Shown here: positions 13,350 through 26,462 of the stretch, one piece after another | Numbering within the stretch: the stretch's first letter is position 1 | Layout of the letters: every line of letters begins with the position of its first letter | Assembly (NCBI GenBank): GCA_013239625.1 | Contig: MU054323.1 | Span: forward strand, 434,001 to 498,000 | DNA length: 64,000 nt | Direction of reading: 5' to 3' | From: Lama guanicoe | Taxonomy: Eukaryota | Translations under genes and position numbers: made by a program | Notes under the pieces: model-generated | What the model saw: only the letters and a program-made list of their open reading frames with translations | The model's database searches: none | What the model was told of the DNA's origin: nothing

Positions 13350-14100
13350 GTATGTATTTTAAGATAAGTTGTTACTATGAATACTTTTCTAACTAGCACA
13401 ATAATCTATCGTTATTGAAGAAAAATTGGAAATTATAGAAAAGAAAAAAAATTTCATCTAATCTATAATCCCACCAACAGACACAGTCACTGCTATTGTT
13501 TTAGTGTATTTCTTTCCAGTCTTTTAAAAAATACATATTTACACAGTAATATCAAACAGTAGACATAATTATGTGTTATTCTTTTCACTTTTTATTTTAA
13601 CATAAATTTTACTTATTTAGTAAATTATCTCAGAAATGTAATTTTTAATGGCTTTGTATTACATCTTCAGAATGGACCATTATTTATTTATTTTTCCCCA
13701 TTTTGTTGGATATTATGTTATGTTATAATCTTGTTCTACTTTAAGTAGCTTTACGGGTGCCACCTTTCTATATAAAACACATTTGGATTACTCCTTTAAG
13801 ATACCTTCCTAGAGGTGAGACAAAGCTTTACATTTTTGAAGGGCTTTGGTGTATATTGACAAATTTCTTCTTTTATGGGAAAAGGTGTTCTAACTTTTTT
13901 CCCTCGTAAGTGAATGATATCATTCATTCCATTGCATCTTTCTTGCACTGAGTATCATCATATTTTTTTTTTGCTGTTTTAATGAATACAAATTGATAAC
14001 TCATTGTTGCTTTAAATCGCATTTCCTTGAGTTCGAGATAGATTGAACATTTTTCACGCACTTATTGGCTCTTTGTTTCCCTTTTTGTGAACTGACTGAC
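13350..14100 (-). mobile_element. Old L1M (L1ME-type) fragment
   Basis: AT-rich, with ctcattgttgctttaaatcgcatttcctt...ttgaacatttttcacgcacttattggc typical of antisense L1 ORF2 end/3'UTR. Confidence 0.7.
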
Positions 14101-14906
14101 TGTTCATGGTCTAGAGAATTGATATTGACATCAAAGTCCTTCTGTGGTTGACCAGCTGCTCCTCGCCTCCCACGGGATGTGGGCTGTGCAGTAGCAAAGC
14201 TGTCATCTCCTGTAAAAATGCCTATAGGATGGGCTGCTGCACACGACCATTGCTGCAGCTGTCACCTGGGTGGCATTGCCAGGGCTCTGCTATACACAGA
14301 GCTTCCCTACAGGATGGCTTGGAATCTCAAACCTGAGGCTCCGTTTTATACAGTCACCGTGAGGGTCCTGCACGCCACTGGCGCGTGTGCCCTGGGGGTT
14401 GTTTGCTTTAAGTAATAGAAGCATTTTCAGACCTTTCAATTTCTTAGTGGTACCAGGACCTGCTGCGGCCAAGAGGGAAGTGGACACCATAAGGCTGTGT
14501 TGCTTGGGTGGTTTTGAGGGCCACTGTGGGCTGCTTGGCCTGAACTCTCCCCTTTCATCTCCAGCTCCACAGTGTGAAATGCTGAAGGCTCTGGTGGAGA
14601 GCTTTCGAGCCTCATTACCCATCCAGAGGACCATGCGATTCCTCAGTGAGCCACCTGTTATTATCAAAAGAAAACCCATATTTGTGTGTATTTCCTGCAG
14701 GCAAGGCATCTATTTTGGGTCGGATGGAGAGCTTGGTGGGTGAGGGATGAAGATAACTCAGAGATGCGCTTGCTGCTGTTTTATCCCCTGTGGCCGTCGG
14801 GAAACCTGTTTATTACAGCGTTTATCACTCGAAGGTATAACCATCCATTTACTTGCATGCTCTGCCTCTAGAGTTTGAGCTCTGCCTGTGAATGGGCAGC
14901 ATCTTC

Positions 14907-15344
14907 TTCACTTTTTTCTCTATTTTAGTGTAGTCAGTTTACAATGTTGTGTCCATTTCTGGTGTGCAGCATAATGTTTCAGTCACAGATACATACATAT
15001 ATTCGTTTTCATATTCTTTTTTGTTAGAGGTTACTACAAGATATTGAATACAGTTCCCTGTGCTACACAGAAGAGACTTGTTGTTTATCTATTTTATATA
15101 TAGTAGTTTGTATCAGAAAATCTTTAACTTCCAATTTATCTCTTCCCACCCCTTTCCCCTCTGGTAACCATATGTTTGTTTTCTATGTCTTTGAGTCTGT
15201 TTCTGTTTTGTAAATAAGTTCATTTTTTTAAAATTTAATTAAATTTAAGGTTTTTAGCTTCCACCTATGAGTGACATCATATGGTACCATTCTTTCTCTT
15301 CTGCTGACTTCACCTAGAGTGATGATCTCCAGGTCCCTCCATGC
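14907..15344 (-). mobile_element. LINE-1 3' UTR fragment (cetartiodactyl-type), inserted in an L2 3' end
   Basis: T-rich tail on +, then tttacaatgttgtg...ttactacaagatattgaatacagttccctgtgctacacag...tttccataa/ggtaaccata; homologous to the L1 copies at 26.5 kb and 59 kb. Imperfect TSD tgggcagca at 14893-14901 and 15345-15353. Confidence 0.85.
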
Positions 15345-15916
15345 TGGGCAGCAGCACCTTGATTCCTGCATCTCCAGTGCTCCACAAAGGGGCTGCCGCA
15401 GAATAGGTACTCAGTACATACTGGCTGAATCAAAAGAATGTCATCATTTGGATTCTGAGGAAAAGAAAATCTTACAAACTATGTGCGTGTGTGTTTATGT
15501 GGCTTTAATTCAACTGGGGTAATTTTTCAGCTTGACGTTCTAAATAATTATGGATTTTACCAAAATATTCTATTCGTTAACCATGGATGGGTTTTTGTAG
15601 AATACTGGAGCTTGCATTATTAGATTTAGTGTGGTCATTGAAAAGTAAATGAAATAAAAAGTGTTAAGCAATTTACAGGATGGGGGAAGAAAACCTTAGG
15701 TGAGTAAGGTCTTTGCCAACAAAGTTCTCCAAAGCAGCTAATGATGGGATGGGTTTGGTCCTGTGGTTGCTCCAGCCTCTCTCTTTCTGCTGCCCTCCTC
15801 AGCCCGAAGGCTGCTTCTACAGAGATGCTATGATAGTACCTGGCAGCCAGAAAAGGAAACCTAAGTTAATTGATCCTTGCACAATCTTATAATCAATATT
15901 TTTCCATCTGATGCGG

Positions 15917-16358
15917 TGTTATGGGTTAAATTTTTTTGCTCAGAGAGATAGTTGAAACCCTAACCTTTAGCACATTAGAATGTGGCCTTCTTTGGAAACA
16001 GAGTCATCGCTGATGTCATAAGTTAAGTTGAGGCTGGAGTCAGGTGGGTCCCTATTCCATATATGACTGATGTCCTGATCAGAAGAAGGAAATTCGGACA
16101 CAGAGACACAGAGGGAAGACAGCCACCAGAAGACGGAGGTAGAGGTTGGAATTTCACTGCCCTAAGTCCAGGAACACCTGGGGTGACCACAGCCTGGAAG
16201 AGGCAAGGGAAGATCCCCTCCTAGAGGCTTCAGAGCGGGCACTGCCAGCTGACACCTTAATTTCCAACTTCCGGCCTTCAGAACTGTGAGATGATAATTT
16301 CCGCTGTTTTAAGGCCCCCTGTTTGTGGTACTTGGTTAAGCAGCCCTAGAAACTAACA
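15917..16358 (+). mobile_element. MaLR solo LTR (MLT1B/C-like)
   Basis: tgttatgggttaaat...agaatgtggccttctttggaaacagagtc...ctggaagaggcaaggga...cagaactgtgag...gtttgtggtacttggttaagcagccctagaaactaac. Confidence 0.88.
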
Positions 16359-18899
16359 TGTAAGGTTTGGGGTAGCCCAGCCTCTGGACGCAGCAAGTGC
16401 AGGCGGAGCACACGCAAGCGCACACGCCAACACTCTTCCCTAGGACTGACCTAGTTTCTGAGAAATGATCGATAAACCCGGGACCTGTCTCTGCAGCCTG
16501 CAAGCGCCTGTATCTACCCTAGAGTTGCGTTTGATTTCCCTTGTGTGGGTCAGATCGAGAGCTTGCTTTTAAGCCCGAACTTTATTTTTATCATCCAACA
16601 AAGTGTCTGAGAGTCTGAGACTGTCCCTGCTGCACTGGTTTTGCGAAGGGCACTGGGGGTGGGGGTGGGGGTACTCTTGGGCCCCTTGAAGGCACAGAGG
16701 TCCTAGCCATTGGCCCTTTGGGCAGGAACACAACCAGCTCTCCTTCCCCACTGGGTGTTTTAGGCAGCAGCCTGGAGGCCATGCCTGAGGTCTGACACCA
16801 GAGGCAGCATCCTAAAAAAAGGAGGAAACTGGAATCTGAAGTCCTGGTTACTGGATCCCATTGTTTTCCTCTCCATGGGATCCCAGGCAGGTCTCTCCTC
16901 CTTTCCGGAGCTCAGGATCTCCAAGATCACAGTTGGTCCCAATCTGTGCGTGCTCAGTGTTTTAACTACTGGGTCCCAATGGGCTACAGCCTGTCCAGTG
17001 GGTCCAGAGAAGGCACGAATACCTGGGTCCAGGGCGGAATGTACACAAGGTGAAATGAAAGGATCTGGTCTCATGCAGGAATCTGCCTGAAGATGATAGT
17101 AATTTAAGAAAGGACCTGGGCTCTTGATTTCTTAGCGCAGCCCCTCTGCTTAAAGGATGTACTCCCGATCAGAAGGCCTGGCTTGAGTTGCCATTTGAAT
17201 GCAATCAGGCAGGGCAGCCTTGTGAGGAGTTCCTCACCCTCTCTGAGCCAGGTTTTCCTCACCTGGAAAATGCAGGAAATTCTGAATACCTGGCAGGGCC
17301 ATGATGAACTCAGGCGAGAAGTGGGCATGAGCGCTCCTGGCAAGCCTGAAGCCATAGGAGGCCGGGGACCTGTGTTCCTTCATGTTTTCTTCCCTTCTGG
17401 GTCCCCTTCCCCCCATCAGTGGGGCCTCTAATGGCTTTGGCATCTCCGCGGTCCATTTCCTGGAGCGCGTAAATTATTTAGTGGATGAACACATGTGCCA
17501 GCAGGCGGAGGACGCTGCGTCGGTGCATGCCCGGGGGGGGAGGCTGCGTGGTGGCCCGACCCAGCCGGCTGCCCGCTCCCCGCAGGGCCGCCTCCAGCCT
17601 GTGGCATCCTTGACGACAGGGACTTCACGCTGCCCTCTGCGGCTGTCCTCTGCTTCCTCTCCTGGCCTGGCCGTTGTGCTCTGAGCCCTGGGTTTCTTCC
17701 TTGGAAGGAAGTTTGGCCTCTTAATGGCCATGAATAATTGATGAGCTCTCAGAGGAGGGTTCTGGTGAGAAACACTCCTCCCCATTAGTGACCCGGCTGT
17801 AACCCCTCAGATGCCCCCACTGCACACGCCTCTGCCCTGCACACAGACTCTAGCGTGGTGAGCAGGGTTTGCCTGGAGTGTTGATGGGAGGGGTACACAG
17901 GGGCCCCGAGAACTGTCTGGCTGCTGCCCCAATGAGGGAGAGGCTAGAGTGACCTGTATGCCCACCTGGGGACAGTGCAGACACTTTCCCAGCTGGAGGT
18001 GTGTGCAAATATCCAAGTGAGCTGCTCTTGATCTTGTGAGGGTGGGAGGGGCAGTGTATGTAATGGGTTCTTTCAAGTGTCCAAGGAGACCTCACATAAG
18101 CACACAGGGGCTTGGCAAGCCATCTTGGTTGATCTCCAGGGGGGTCCCCCAGGCTCTCTGCTAGTGGCTCCTGGTACTGGGTGAGCCCAGGTTCTGAATT
18201 CAGCAGGCCATCTCCCTGCCGGAAACACTTCCCTCTTCCCAAAGCCTTTCCCCACCTCAGCCCCCATTCTTCATGTTCTGCAAACGGCTTCTCGGGCCAC
18301 CAAGATGAGCTTAGGTCCACGTGGTTGGTACCTCGTTTCCCTGACATTTGTCAATTGGTTCTTGTGATGTTATTGTCCGTCTTCTCTGTAAGGACAGCTG
18401 TTTTCTCCTCCACTACATCCCCTGTGCTCAGCACCATGCTTCACACATAGCGGGCACTTGGCAATTATTCATCTTGGATAAGTCGCTCAACCTTTCATAC
18501 CACCAGACCCATGGAAGGACTGATGGGGGTCTACGTCCTCATATACAGCTAGGTTATGGATGAGGAGAGGATTTCCTTCTATCCTGTAATTACTCAGGGC
18601 TTTAGGTGCGCCCTTATATTTTTTCTGGATCAGAGATGACTTTATGGTCTTACCTCCAAGGCGGGGACAGTGAAAAGATCCCTCTTAAGTCACTTACCGG
18701 CTGGGTGTTTCTGGCTGTGGTTGTGTAGCCATACTTTGTACTAATCGGGCAGGATTCAATTCTAGACAAAGGAGAGTGGAGAACTCTGTCAGGTGGACTT
18801 CTAGTTTACCAAGGATTTGAGGAAGCAGTTCAAGGATTTAAAGCATCCCGGCGGCAGAGGAGGGGACAGGAATGAGAGGGGAGAGAGGAGGGGGCACCA

Positions 18900-19660
18900 C
18901 TGGCTAAACACCTACCTCACTCCAGGGATGGGCTGAGTGATTGGTTTACTAGATTATTTGTTTCTTATGTGGCCCTGAGCATTCAGCGCTTCTAATACCC
19001 ATTTATGGCAGATGAAACTGAGGCTCAGAGTGGTCACATAAGTTGCCTGAGTTCACACGGTTCATAGGGCAGGGTGGGGAGGGGTTATATCGTAGCATGG
19101 CATGTGTGCTAAGCATGTGTGCATCTTCTGAAGGGTCGTGGTTGTAACCTCACTGGTGGGCAGGGCAGACATCGCGGTCCTCTTTATATAGGTAAGGAGA
19201 GGGAGGCTCAAAGAGGTGAAGTGACTTACTCAAGATCACGTGTCTGGGAAAGTGGTGGAGACACGCATTGTCTGAGTGGCTAGGGAGGGAGGGGCAACGT
19301 GGGGCCAGGACCTCTGGTTGAAAGGAATCCCAGACCACCTCTCGATGTGCGGAGGCTGAGGTCAGCTTGGTGGTGGGGAGCGGGGCAGGGAGACCTCTGA
19401 TAAAAGGCTAATATTCCAAAGAGCCACTTGTCATCAAAATAATGTCTCTGGTAGGAATAGTATTTTTTAATTTCCAAAGTGCTTTTGTATCTATTTCCTT
19501 TACTCTTCCAAACAGCCCTGCAGTAGGTACTAGCGTGCCTATTTTGCAGATAAGGAAAACTGAGGCTCTGCAATTTGGTGCAACCTGCTTAGGATCATAC
19601 CAGTAAGATGTTGTAGAACTAAGATCCTCATCCGCCCAGCTTCTGGTTGTTTGCACTCAA
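18900..19660 (-). mobile_element. Cluster of three MIR fragments
   Basis: Core motifs gaaactgaggctcagag (19015), gaggtgaagtgacttactcaagatcac (19213), ggaaaactgaggctctg (19554). Confidence 0.8.
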
Positions 19661-21798
19661 GGTCAGCCCTTAGCCTTCCAAGCCAGTGACCTTGGTTGCC
19701 CTTTGATTTCCAGCTGGCATCGTGCACATTTTCCTGGGTGGAGGGGCTGCCCCCTTATTTTGTAAGCTTGACTGACCAAAGAGCTCTTTCCTGACAAACT
19801 CAGAGACATGCTCAGGGTCCTACAAAGGAAATATTGATTCCTTTGGTGGTCACAAGGAGCCCGTGGGACCTCAGTTGGCTGCCCTGTGTCTGGATAATGG
19901 CTATCTGGAAATGTCTAGTTAACTTTCTGCATCATGCCAGGGCATGGGGTCAGCTGGCCACATGAGAAAAACACGTTCAGGCCACTGGTCCCTCACACAG
20001 TATGGAAGCCTCTGTTCAACCCACTTTGACAGCTGCACAGAATATATCTGTTTCTAGCATATCTTTTTCAATTTCTTTTTTTGCTGCGAGATCTAGTAGA
20101 AGCAAGTGTTGAATGTAAGTGACTAATAGATTCTTTTACCTTTTGTTTCATCCTTTTCACAATTTGCCAGTGAGAACTGCATTTGGTCCGGAACAGAAGG
20201 CATAATCTAGAGGTTTGGAAACACAAAGGTGGGAAGGTGAGCGCTGAGCCCATGACCACGTCTAGCTGTCCACCTTTGGGCACAGATAACCCTTTCCTGG
20301 TTTTCCCATTTGTGAAAAGAGAGGGAAGGGAGCCAGCCGATCTGGGCACTGTTCTGAGTGAAATACACAATTTCATTTCATCCTCACAACCGCCAGCCAC
20401 CCCCGGGGCTCAGAGCCTTTGCCCAGAGTTCCATGAGTAGAAACAGAGACAAGCGGGAGAGGAGGCGTTGGGATCCATCTGATGGTCGGCCGTGTTCTCA
20501 CGGGCGACACCACATCCTCTCCGGTTGATGCTGGGTTTGGCATTTCTTTCTTGCCTCTCTGATCCCTCTCTCCTGCCCTGGGTCAGGACTTCATCAGGCC
20601 TTGCCGCTGTCACTTACAAATTGGTCTCATGTTTCCCCAGCCCGCCTGCCTCCTGGCCTCCAGAAGGTCCCTCTCAAGCCGCAGAGTGGCTCTACCAGCC
20701 TCTGGCTGAAACCCTGAGCTGGCTCCTAATTGACCAGGATACACTTTCGAGCGGAGCACTTGCACCTGCTTCCTTGGCTCCTGCTAGTTTTTCCAGCCTT
20801 AAAACAACACCCAACATTTGTAAGATCACTGCACTTTATAAACGACGATGCACTTATGTTAACCCCAGCAACTCATCTTCTTATCTTCTAGCCAGTCGGT
20901 CTGGGCATCATCCTCTAACAATCTTTGATGTGTGTTTCTTCCTCGTGGCTTTTCCTCTTGAGCTCTGTTTGGCCTGGAATGGATTCTCCCTCGTATTCCC
21001 ATGTTCTTTTTCCTTCCATGTCTGTTTTAACGGGTACCTCCCCCAGGAAGCCTTTTAGGATCCTACGTCAGAATAGAATCCACTGTTGAGTTCCCACAGA
21101 CTCATAGAATGCCAAGCTTTTGGAGGTAAGACCCATGTCTGAGCCACCACTAGCCCCCACGAGACTCAGAAATGCCTCAAGAAAGGCTTGTTAAGCAAAA
21201 CCACTAAATAGCATTGAATTAATCGCCATCAGTCGATGCACACTATAGCTTTCTGAATGAATGCCAGTGGGTGGGGTTGAATTATTATTATTAATCCAAG
21301 GCTGTAAAATACAATGAAATCAAAGGGGTTGGATCCTGGGAAAAAGGGGGCAGTGGAGAAGTCCCCCTTGGGGGCACCCCTGGTGAAGCATGGGGCAGGG
21401 GGCAGGCATGCTCTCTATTTGAACCAACGGTTTCCAGGGGCAGATCTCAGGCTCCTAACTGCCCACAGCCAGCCCTGCTTCTCCCCCAAGAACCTCCCAG
21501 AATACCCATCAGCCCATTAGCTACACTAGTGTTCGATGGACCCAGCAGCAGAGGAGTCGCTGGGATAACACGGGCAGAGCGGAAGTGCTTGTTGCTGGTG
21601 GGTAAACATGTTCTACAGTTGCTGTGTATTTTCACTGACTGGGCGCTTCCAAGTGGTCTGTTTTCTTTTTCACTTTCTGATTAAACATGGAGACGGTCTG
21701 TGATCTATCTTCAGCATCCTATCTGCCAGAGATGACAATGATTAAGAGATGGGAAAGCAGTGGGAGAACAGGAAGAGATGAGGAGTGGGAGGAGTGTT

Positions 21799-21808
21799 TG
21801 CATGCACG

Positions 21809-21839
<31 letters not shown>
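21799..21839. repeat. Compound (CG)5(CA)n alternating purine-pyrimidine tract
   Basis: tgcatgcacgcgcgcgcgcacacacacacacacacacacac. Confidence 0.95.
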
Positions 21840-21840
<1 letters not shown>

Positions 21841-22399
21841 CACCTGACTGGTACCCTGCAGTCACCTACAGGCTATCTTGGGTGATCTCGCTGACAGGCA
21901 GGTGCAAAGATGGAAAAAGAGACACTGCAGTGAAGCAGGACAAGCAGGGCCTGATGGTTGGGGCTTCACACACACTGGGAGCTCCTCCGGGATGTGAAGT
22001 TTAAGGGTGAGATTAAGGTGAGCCATTCACTGGGCGCAGACCCCTTGAGCAAGCAGGGGCCCTGGCGAGCTTCCATTCTTTGGGCCATTAAACTCAATGC
22101 GCCTCTCCATGGGTAAATTGACACAGCTCAGCTCTACCCAGTTTGAGGTGTGAGCAAGGCTGAGCTGGTCCTTAGATGCTGGGCGGTGTGGACTCCATGC
22201 TGACTTCCTACACATGGGGACACTGGGAGGGGACTCTAGGCGCCATCATGCAGAAGTATGAAAGCAAAGCCTCCAGACAGGCTCTCTGTCCTTGTCATCC
22301 CACAGGTTTAGTTCGAGTCTTTGCTCTGGACAATGTGTGTGTGGCTGCTCCTGTCAGGGGCTCATGCTGATAATGAGGGTGGTGAGTGTGGGAACTCTT

Positions 22400-22930
22400 C
22401 CTCCCTTATCTTTACAGACTCACTCTATTCAGGTCTCAGCTAAATTGTCATCTCCTCAGAAAGACCTGCCCTGCCCCTCCCATCTAGAGCAGCCCCATCT
22501 ACAATAGCTCACCTTCCTTGATTTAAAAATATTTTACAATTCTCTCTCCATTACTGACAACAGACATCTCTAGCATCAGAATGTAAGTGTCATGGGGTCA
22601 GGGACTCTGCCTGTAGTATTTCCTGATGGGCCCCTGGCCTATAGAATGGTACCTGGCACTCGGCAGATTCAAGATGACAAATGATAATGATTCCATATTA
22701 GAACCCATAATAAACAATTACAGGCAAGGGAGAAGGCAGCGGTCACTTCCTAACTACCTACTAAATGTTCTACATATACCTTTGCATCTGGTTCTCAAGA
22801 CAAAGTAGGATATAGATGACACTTTTGACAAATGAGAGAAATTTGAGGCTCAGTGAAGTTAAGTAACTCTCCCGAAGCCACACAGCTGATACTTGGCTGA
22901 ACAGATAAAAGTGATTGGATTAACTCTTTA
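22400..22930. mobile_element. L2 3' end (+) followed by MIR (-)
   Basis: agaatgtaagtgtcatggggtcagggact...cctggcactcggcag; gagaaatttgaggctcagtgaagttaagtaactctcccgaagccacacagct. Confidence 0.7.
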
Positions 22931-23919
22931 AAATCTCAAGGGAAGAAGATCCAATATCTGCTTCTTCTGAGATGGGGGATCTGGTTTATGGGGTGAGGGG
23001 AGAGAGAGGGACGGGAAAGAATCCTGGGTGCCCTGAATTGTGGGAAGGGGTGGGAGACAGCGTCCTTCGCAGGAACAGGTTGAGCCTGGGAGACAAAGGA
23101 TCTGGTGAGAGACTTACCCCTCCCCCAACCCTCTGTGTGACCTTGATCAGGCCGTGTCCTTCTCAGGCTACCCGAGAGGTGTCTCATCTGTAAAAGGAGA
23201 GGGCAGGATTAGATTAACTGCTTTCAGCATCCCCAAGTATTTCTAGAGGCCTCATGTGGGAGTGAGTGTTTTCAGCATCTTTGCATGTGGGGACCATTAT
23301 CCGAGCTGGAAAGGGGATGTCTGCCTAAAGAGAATGACCATAGGGATGGGGAAGGGCGGGACTCGGGGACCAGGAGACCTGAGCCCCAGCCCAGTGATGC
23401 CTCTTACTAACCAGGAGGCCAAGAGTCCTTCACTGGCTGAGCCTCATTTTTTTTAATCTGCAAAATGGATCTGACCATTTCTGGCCCTGCGTACATCATG
23501 GCTCTTCTGTGAGGCTCTAAAGGCACACGGTGGTGAATGTGCTTGGGTGGGGGGAGGGCTTGGGGCTGGGAGGCAGGCATGCTAGCAGGAGGGGTGCAGA
23601 ACAGCTGCGAGGGAGCATTAGACAGGCGTGGCCCAGCCGAGGAGGCTCGGAGGACCAAGGGCCCGTAGTGCCCCATGAGAGCATCCTGTGGACCAGTCCT
23701 CCTGCCTGTAAAATGGAATGATCATTATTGCTCTGCCTGCCTCGTGAACCTGCACAGGGGCTAAAGAGAAAACTTAGCAGATGTGGGCACTGGCTTCATG
23801 CATGCGGGGCTGGTAGTGGCCGTGCAATATCAGAGGAACCTCCAATTTTGTCCTGGCTGCACCCACCACTGGCGGGGTGATTCAGAGCCTCAACGGCCTC
23901 AGGTATAAAATGGAGATGA

Positions 23920-24200
23920 TAAAAATAGTAGCCAGCACTTGTAAGTGTTGTGGCTGCACTTACACATCACACATTCTGTATCTGCGCAGCAGCTGTGTGT
24001 ACGTATGGATGGGATCCATTTAATCCTCCCAACAATGAATTCAGAGCTATTACACGGACACATCACAATGAATTCAGTGAATTCAGAGCTATTATACTTC
24101 CATCTTACAAATGGGGAAACCAAGGCACAGAGACGTTGAGTAACTTGATACGCAGCTATTGAGAGGTGGATCTGGGATTCAAACCGGGTAGTCTGGCCTC
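23920..24200 (-). mobile_element. MIR with internal templated duplication
   Basis: catttaatcctcccaacaa...ccatcttacaaatggggaaaccaaggcacagagacgttgagtaacttg...ctgggattcaaacc. Confidence 0.8.
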
Positions 24201-24864
24201 ATTTGGTTCTGTGTCTCCTGTCTCCCAGGGTCTGAGGTCAGTGAAAGGAGATAAGGCACACAAGACCCCAAACACTGCTGGGATTCAGAAATGTGATGGC
24301 TTTTATGCTGATGCTGATTATGCTGTGGAAATAGAGCTCATTTCAGGAGAATATGAACCCCTAAAGGCATGGATACTGACCTGACTTTCCAAATTGTGTT
24401 CTGTCTTCTCTTGAACCATTTTTCATGCTGACCTCTTTTTTTTTTTTTTTTTTAAAAAAGGCTTTGGGGAATTGTAACGTTTTTGAAATGGATGGATCAC
24501 AACGTTCAGGGTCGACTTCACCCTCGTCTCTTTCACTTGGTATTTAAAGACTCAGAGAAATGGAGAGGAATGGAGAGGAGCAGACACAGCGGTGACCACG
24601 TTGCCTCGGGCTGCTGTGTGCAGGTGACGGTCTGTTACTAACTCATGTGTATGCAGACGTGCCTTTCTCACACTAAGTGCAGTAGGACGGGTTGCTCTGT
24701 TCCTTCATTGCTTCCTCTGCTCACCTTTGATGGGGAAGGGTCATTAGATGGTAACTTACTGGGGTGACTCAATGAGAAAGTGTTAATATTAGCAAGGAAA
24801 TGAATTTTAGATGCTTCACTTGGGAGGATCTGGGAGATCGGAGCCAGCTCTCAGAGCAGATTTA

Positions 24865-25001
24865 GGGAGGGTAGGGACTTGTAGGGGGGTGCAAGTGAGG
24901 TGCCTAGAGCACCCCTAGGAACTGGCTTCACCCTAAGAGTGATGCCTCCTTGAATTTTGCACCCTAGATGGTTTCTGGCCTCACCCTAGTCCCTGGCCCT
25001 G
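24865..25001. mobile_element. hAT DNA transposon relic (MER91-like)
   Basis: aagtgaggtgcctagagc...agagtgatgcctccttgaattttgcaccctag...cctcaccctagtccctggccctg, imperfectly palindromic as in MER91. Confidence 0.65.
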
Positions 25002-26462
25002 GGTTTCATCACCCACTGGTTATGGGACATGTGATTACCTCTCAACACTGAAGATGTCTGTAGCTTTGACTTCATAGAGCTCCAGGGAGGGGTACTCTGC
25101 CAGGGAAGGCAGAATGAACAAGAAACAAGAGGTTGTCTCTGTTGGACCACTGAGTGACTCAGTGGATAGGACACTTTGTTTATGGAACTCTGGTCTCTGT
25201 GTGTCTGGATTGGCCAATAGTTCTCCCTGGTCATGCTATACTTGCATTCACTCTCAGATCTAGCAGGATGCCATGGAAGGGTCTCAAACAAAAGTGAAAT
25301 AAAAAAAGAAAATCCAAGCCACACTTGGCTCTGACAGCCCCCCTACAATGGCAGCCTTGGCTCTGTGCAAGCCAGTCACCTCTGCAGGGTTGGGGTCTTC
25401 CAGCCATGCTCAGTGGAGCATCACTCAGTGACTCCATAAGACGCTTAGTGGGAAGGGGAAGAGAGAGGAAGAGAGGGGAAAACCTTGTGTTCTCACTCCT
25501 AAAGGAGCCCTAGTCCTTCAGTTTCGTCAAGTTTTATCCACTGGAATTCAGAACATTTGATTTAATTCTTCATGTGGTAAGAAAACAGGTTGAAAAATCA
25601 CTGTCTAAAGAAACACCTTCTTAATTCCGTTTGAGGACACCTCCTGGACTACGGGTGACCCATTTCCTCTTTATTCCTCTGACCTATTGAGGACAAACAA
25701 CTATGTCTCCAAGTCATCAGACAGTTGACACCAGGCTGTCAAGAGCAGACGCTTTACTGTGTGTCTCTGGGATGGCAACTGGAAAGTAAACATTGAAAAC
25801 TTGTATCGGGGTAGCCTGGTACAGGAGAGCCAGCTGGCTCCCGAGTACTGGAAGGTTCCAACCCACCTCCTGGACACTGTCTCAGTGTTTCCTCAGGAGT
25901 TCCTCCCTCTCAGAATATGGCCCTGAGAAAGCAAGGCCTGGAGAACGTTGAGCTTAACGGAAATCAATTCCTTCTGCTTTGTACTCAAGACTCGGATTCT
26001 GTGTCAGAGTGTCCTGTGTGAGGCCCACCTCTTCCTAGAAGGAACGACGTGGCGATGTTGGCCCCTTTCAGCAGAGACCCTCTCTATCCGTGGGGGAATG
26101 ACCTCAGAGACCCCTACAGGATAACCCTCAGAATACAACCCAGCCATGTCCACTTCCAAATAGGAGGGCCCCCCTTTTACTTGTTAATCATCACCAGTGT
26201 GACCATAAATCTGGTGAGCCTGGGACAGCCCTATTTTATGCCTGCTGCCCTAGTGTAATTATTAATAGCTCCCCTTTCATTCCCACGGAGTCCAATTTTG
26301 GTGGTAAATTATATGGTCACCTTAACTATTGTGATCACAGTCAGAATGTGTCCGGACCCTCAGAGCTCGGCTGATACTTACCTCCCTCCAGGAGGCCCTC
26401 CCGCCATGCTAGCTCCAGCTGGCCTTCCTTCCAGGCAACTAACTATCAAGGTGCACAGGTGT

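Noticed and set aside
19072..19130. Possible camelid tRNA-derived SINE head (ggggagggg...gtgctaagcatg)
   Set aside because: Similarity is short and weak, with no B-box or A-tail.
20492..21058. 188-aa ORF
   Set aside because: Non-ATG start, runs into an L2-like pyrimidine-rich relic, no recognisable homology.
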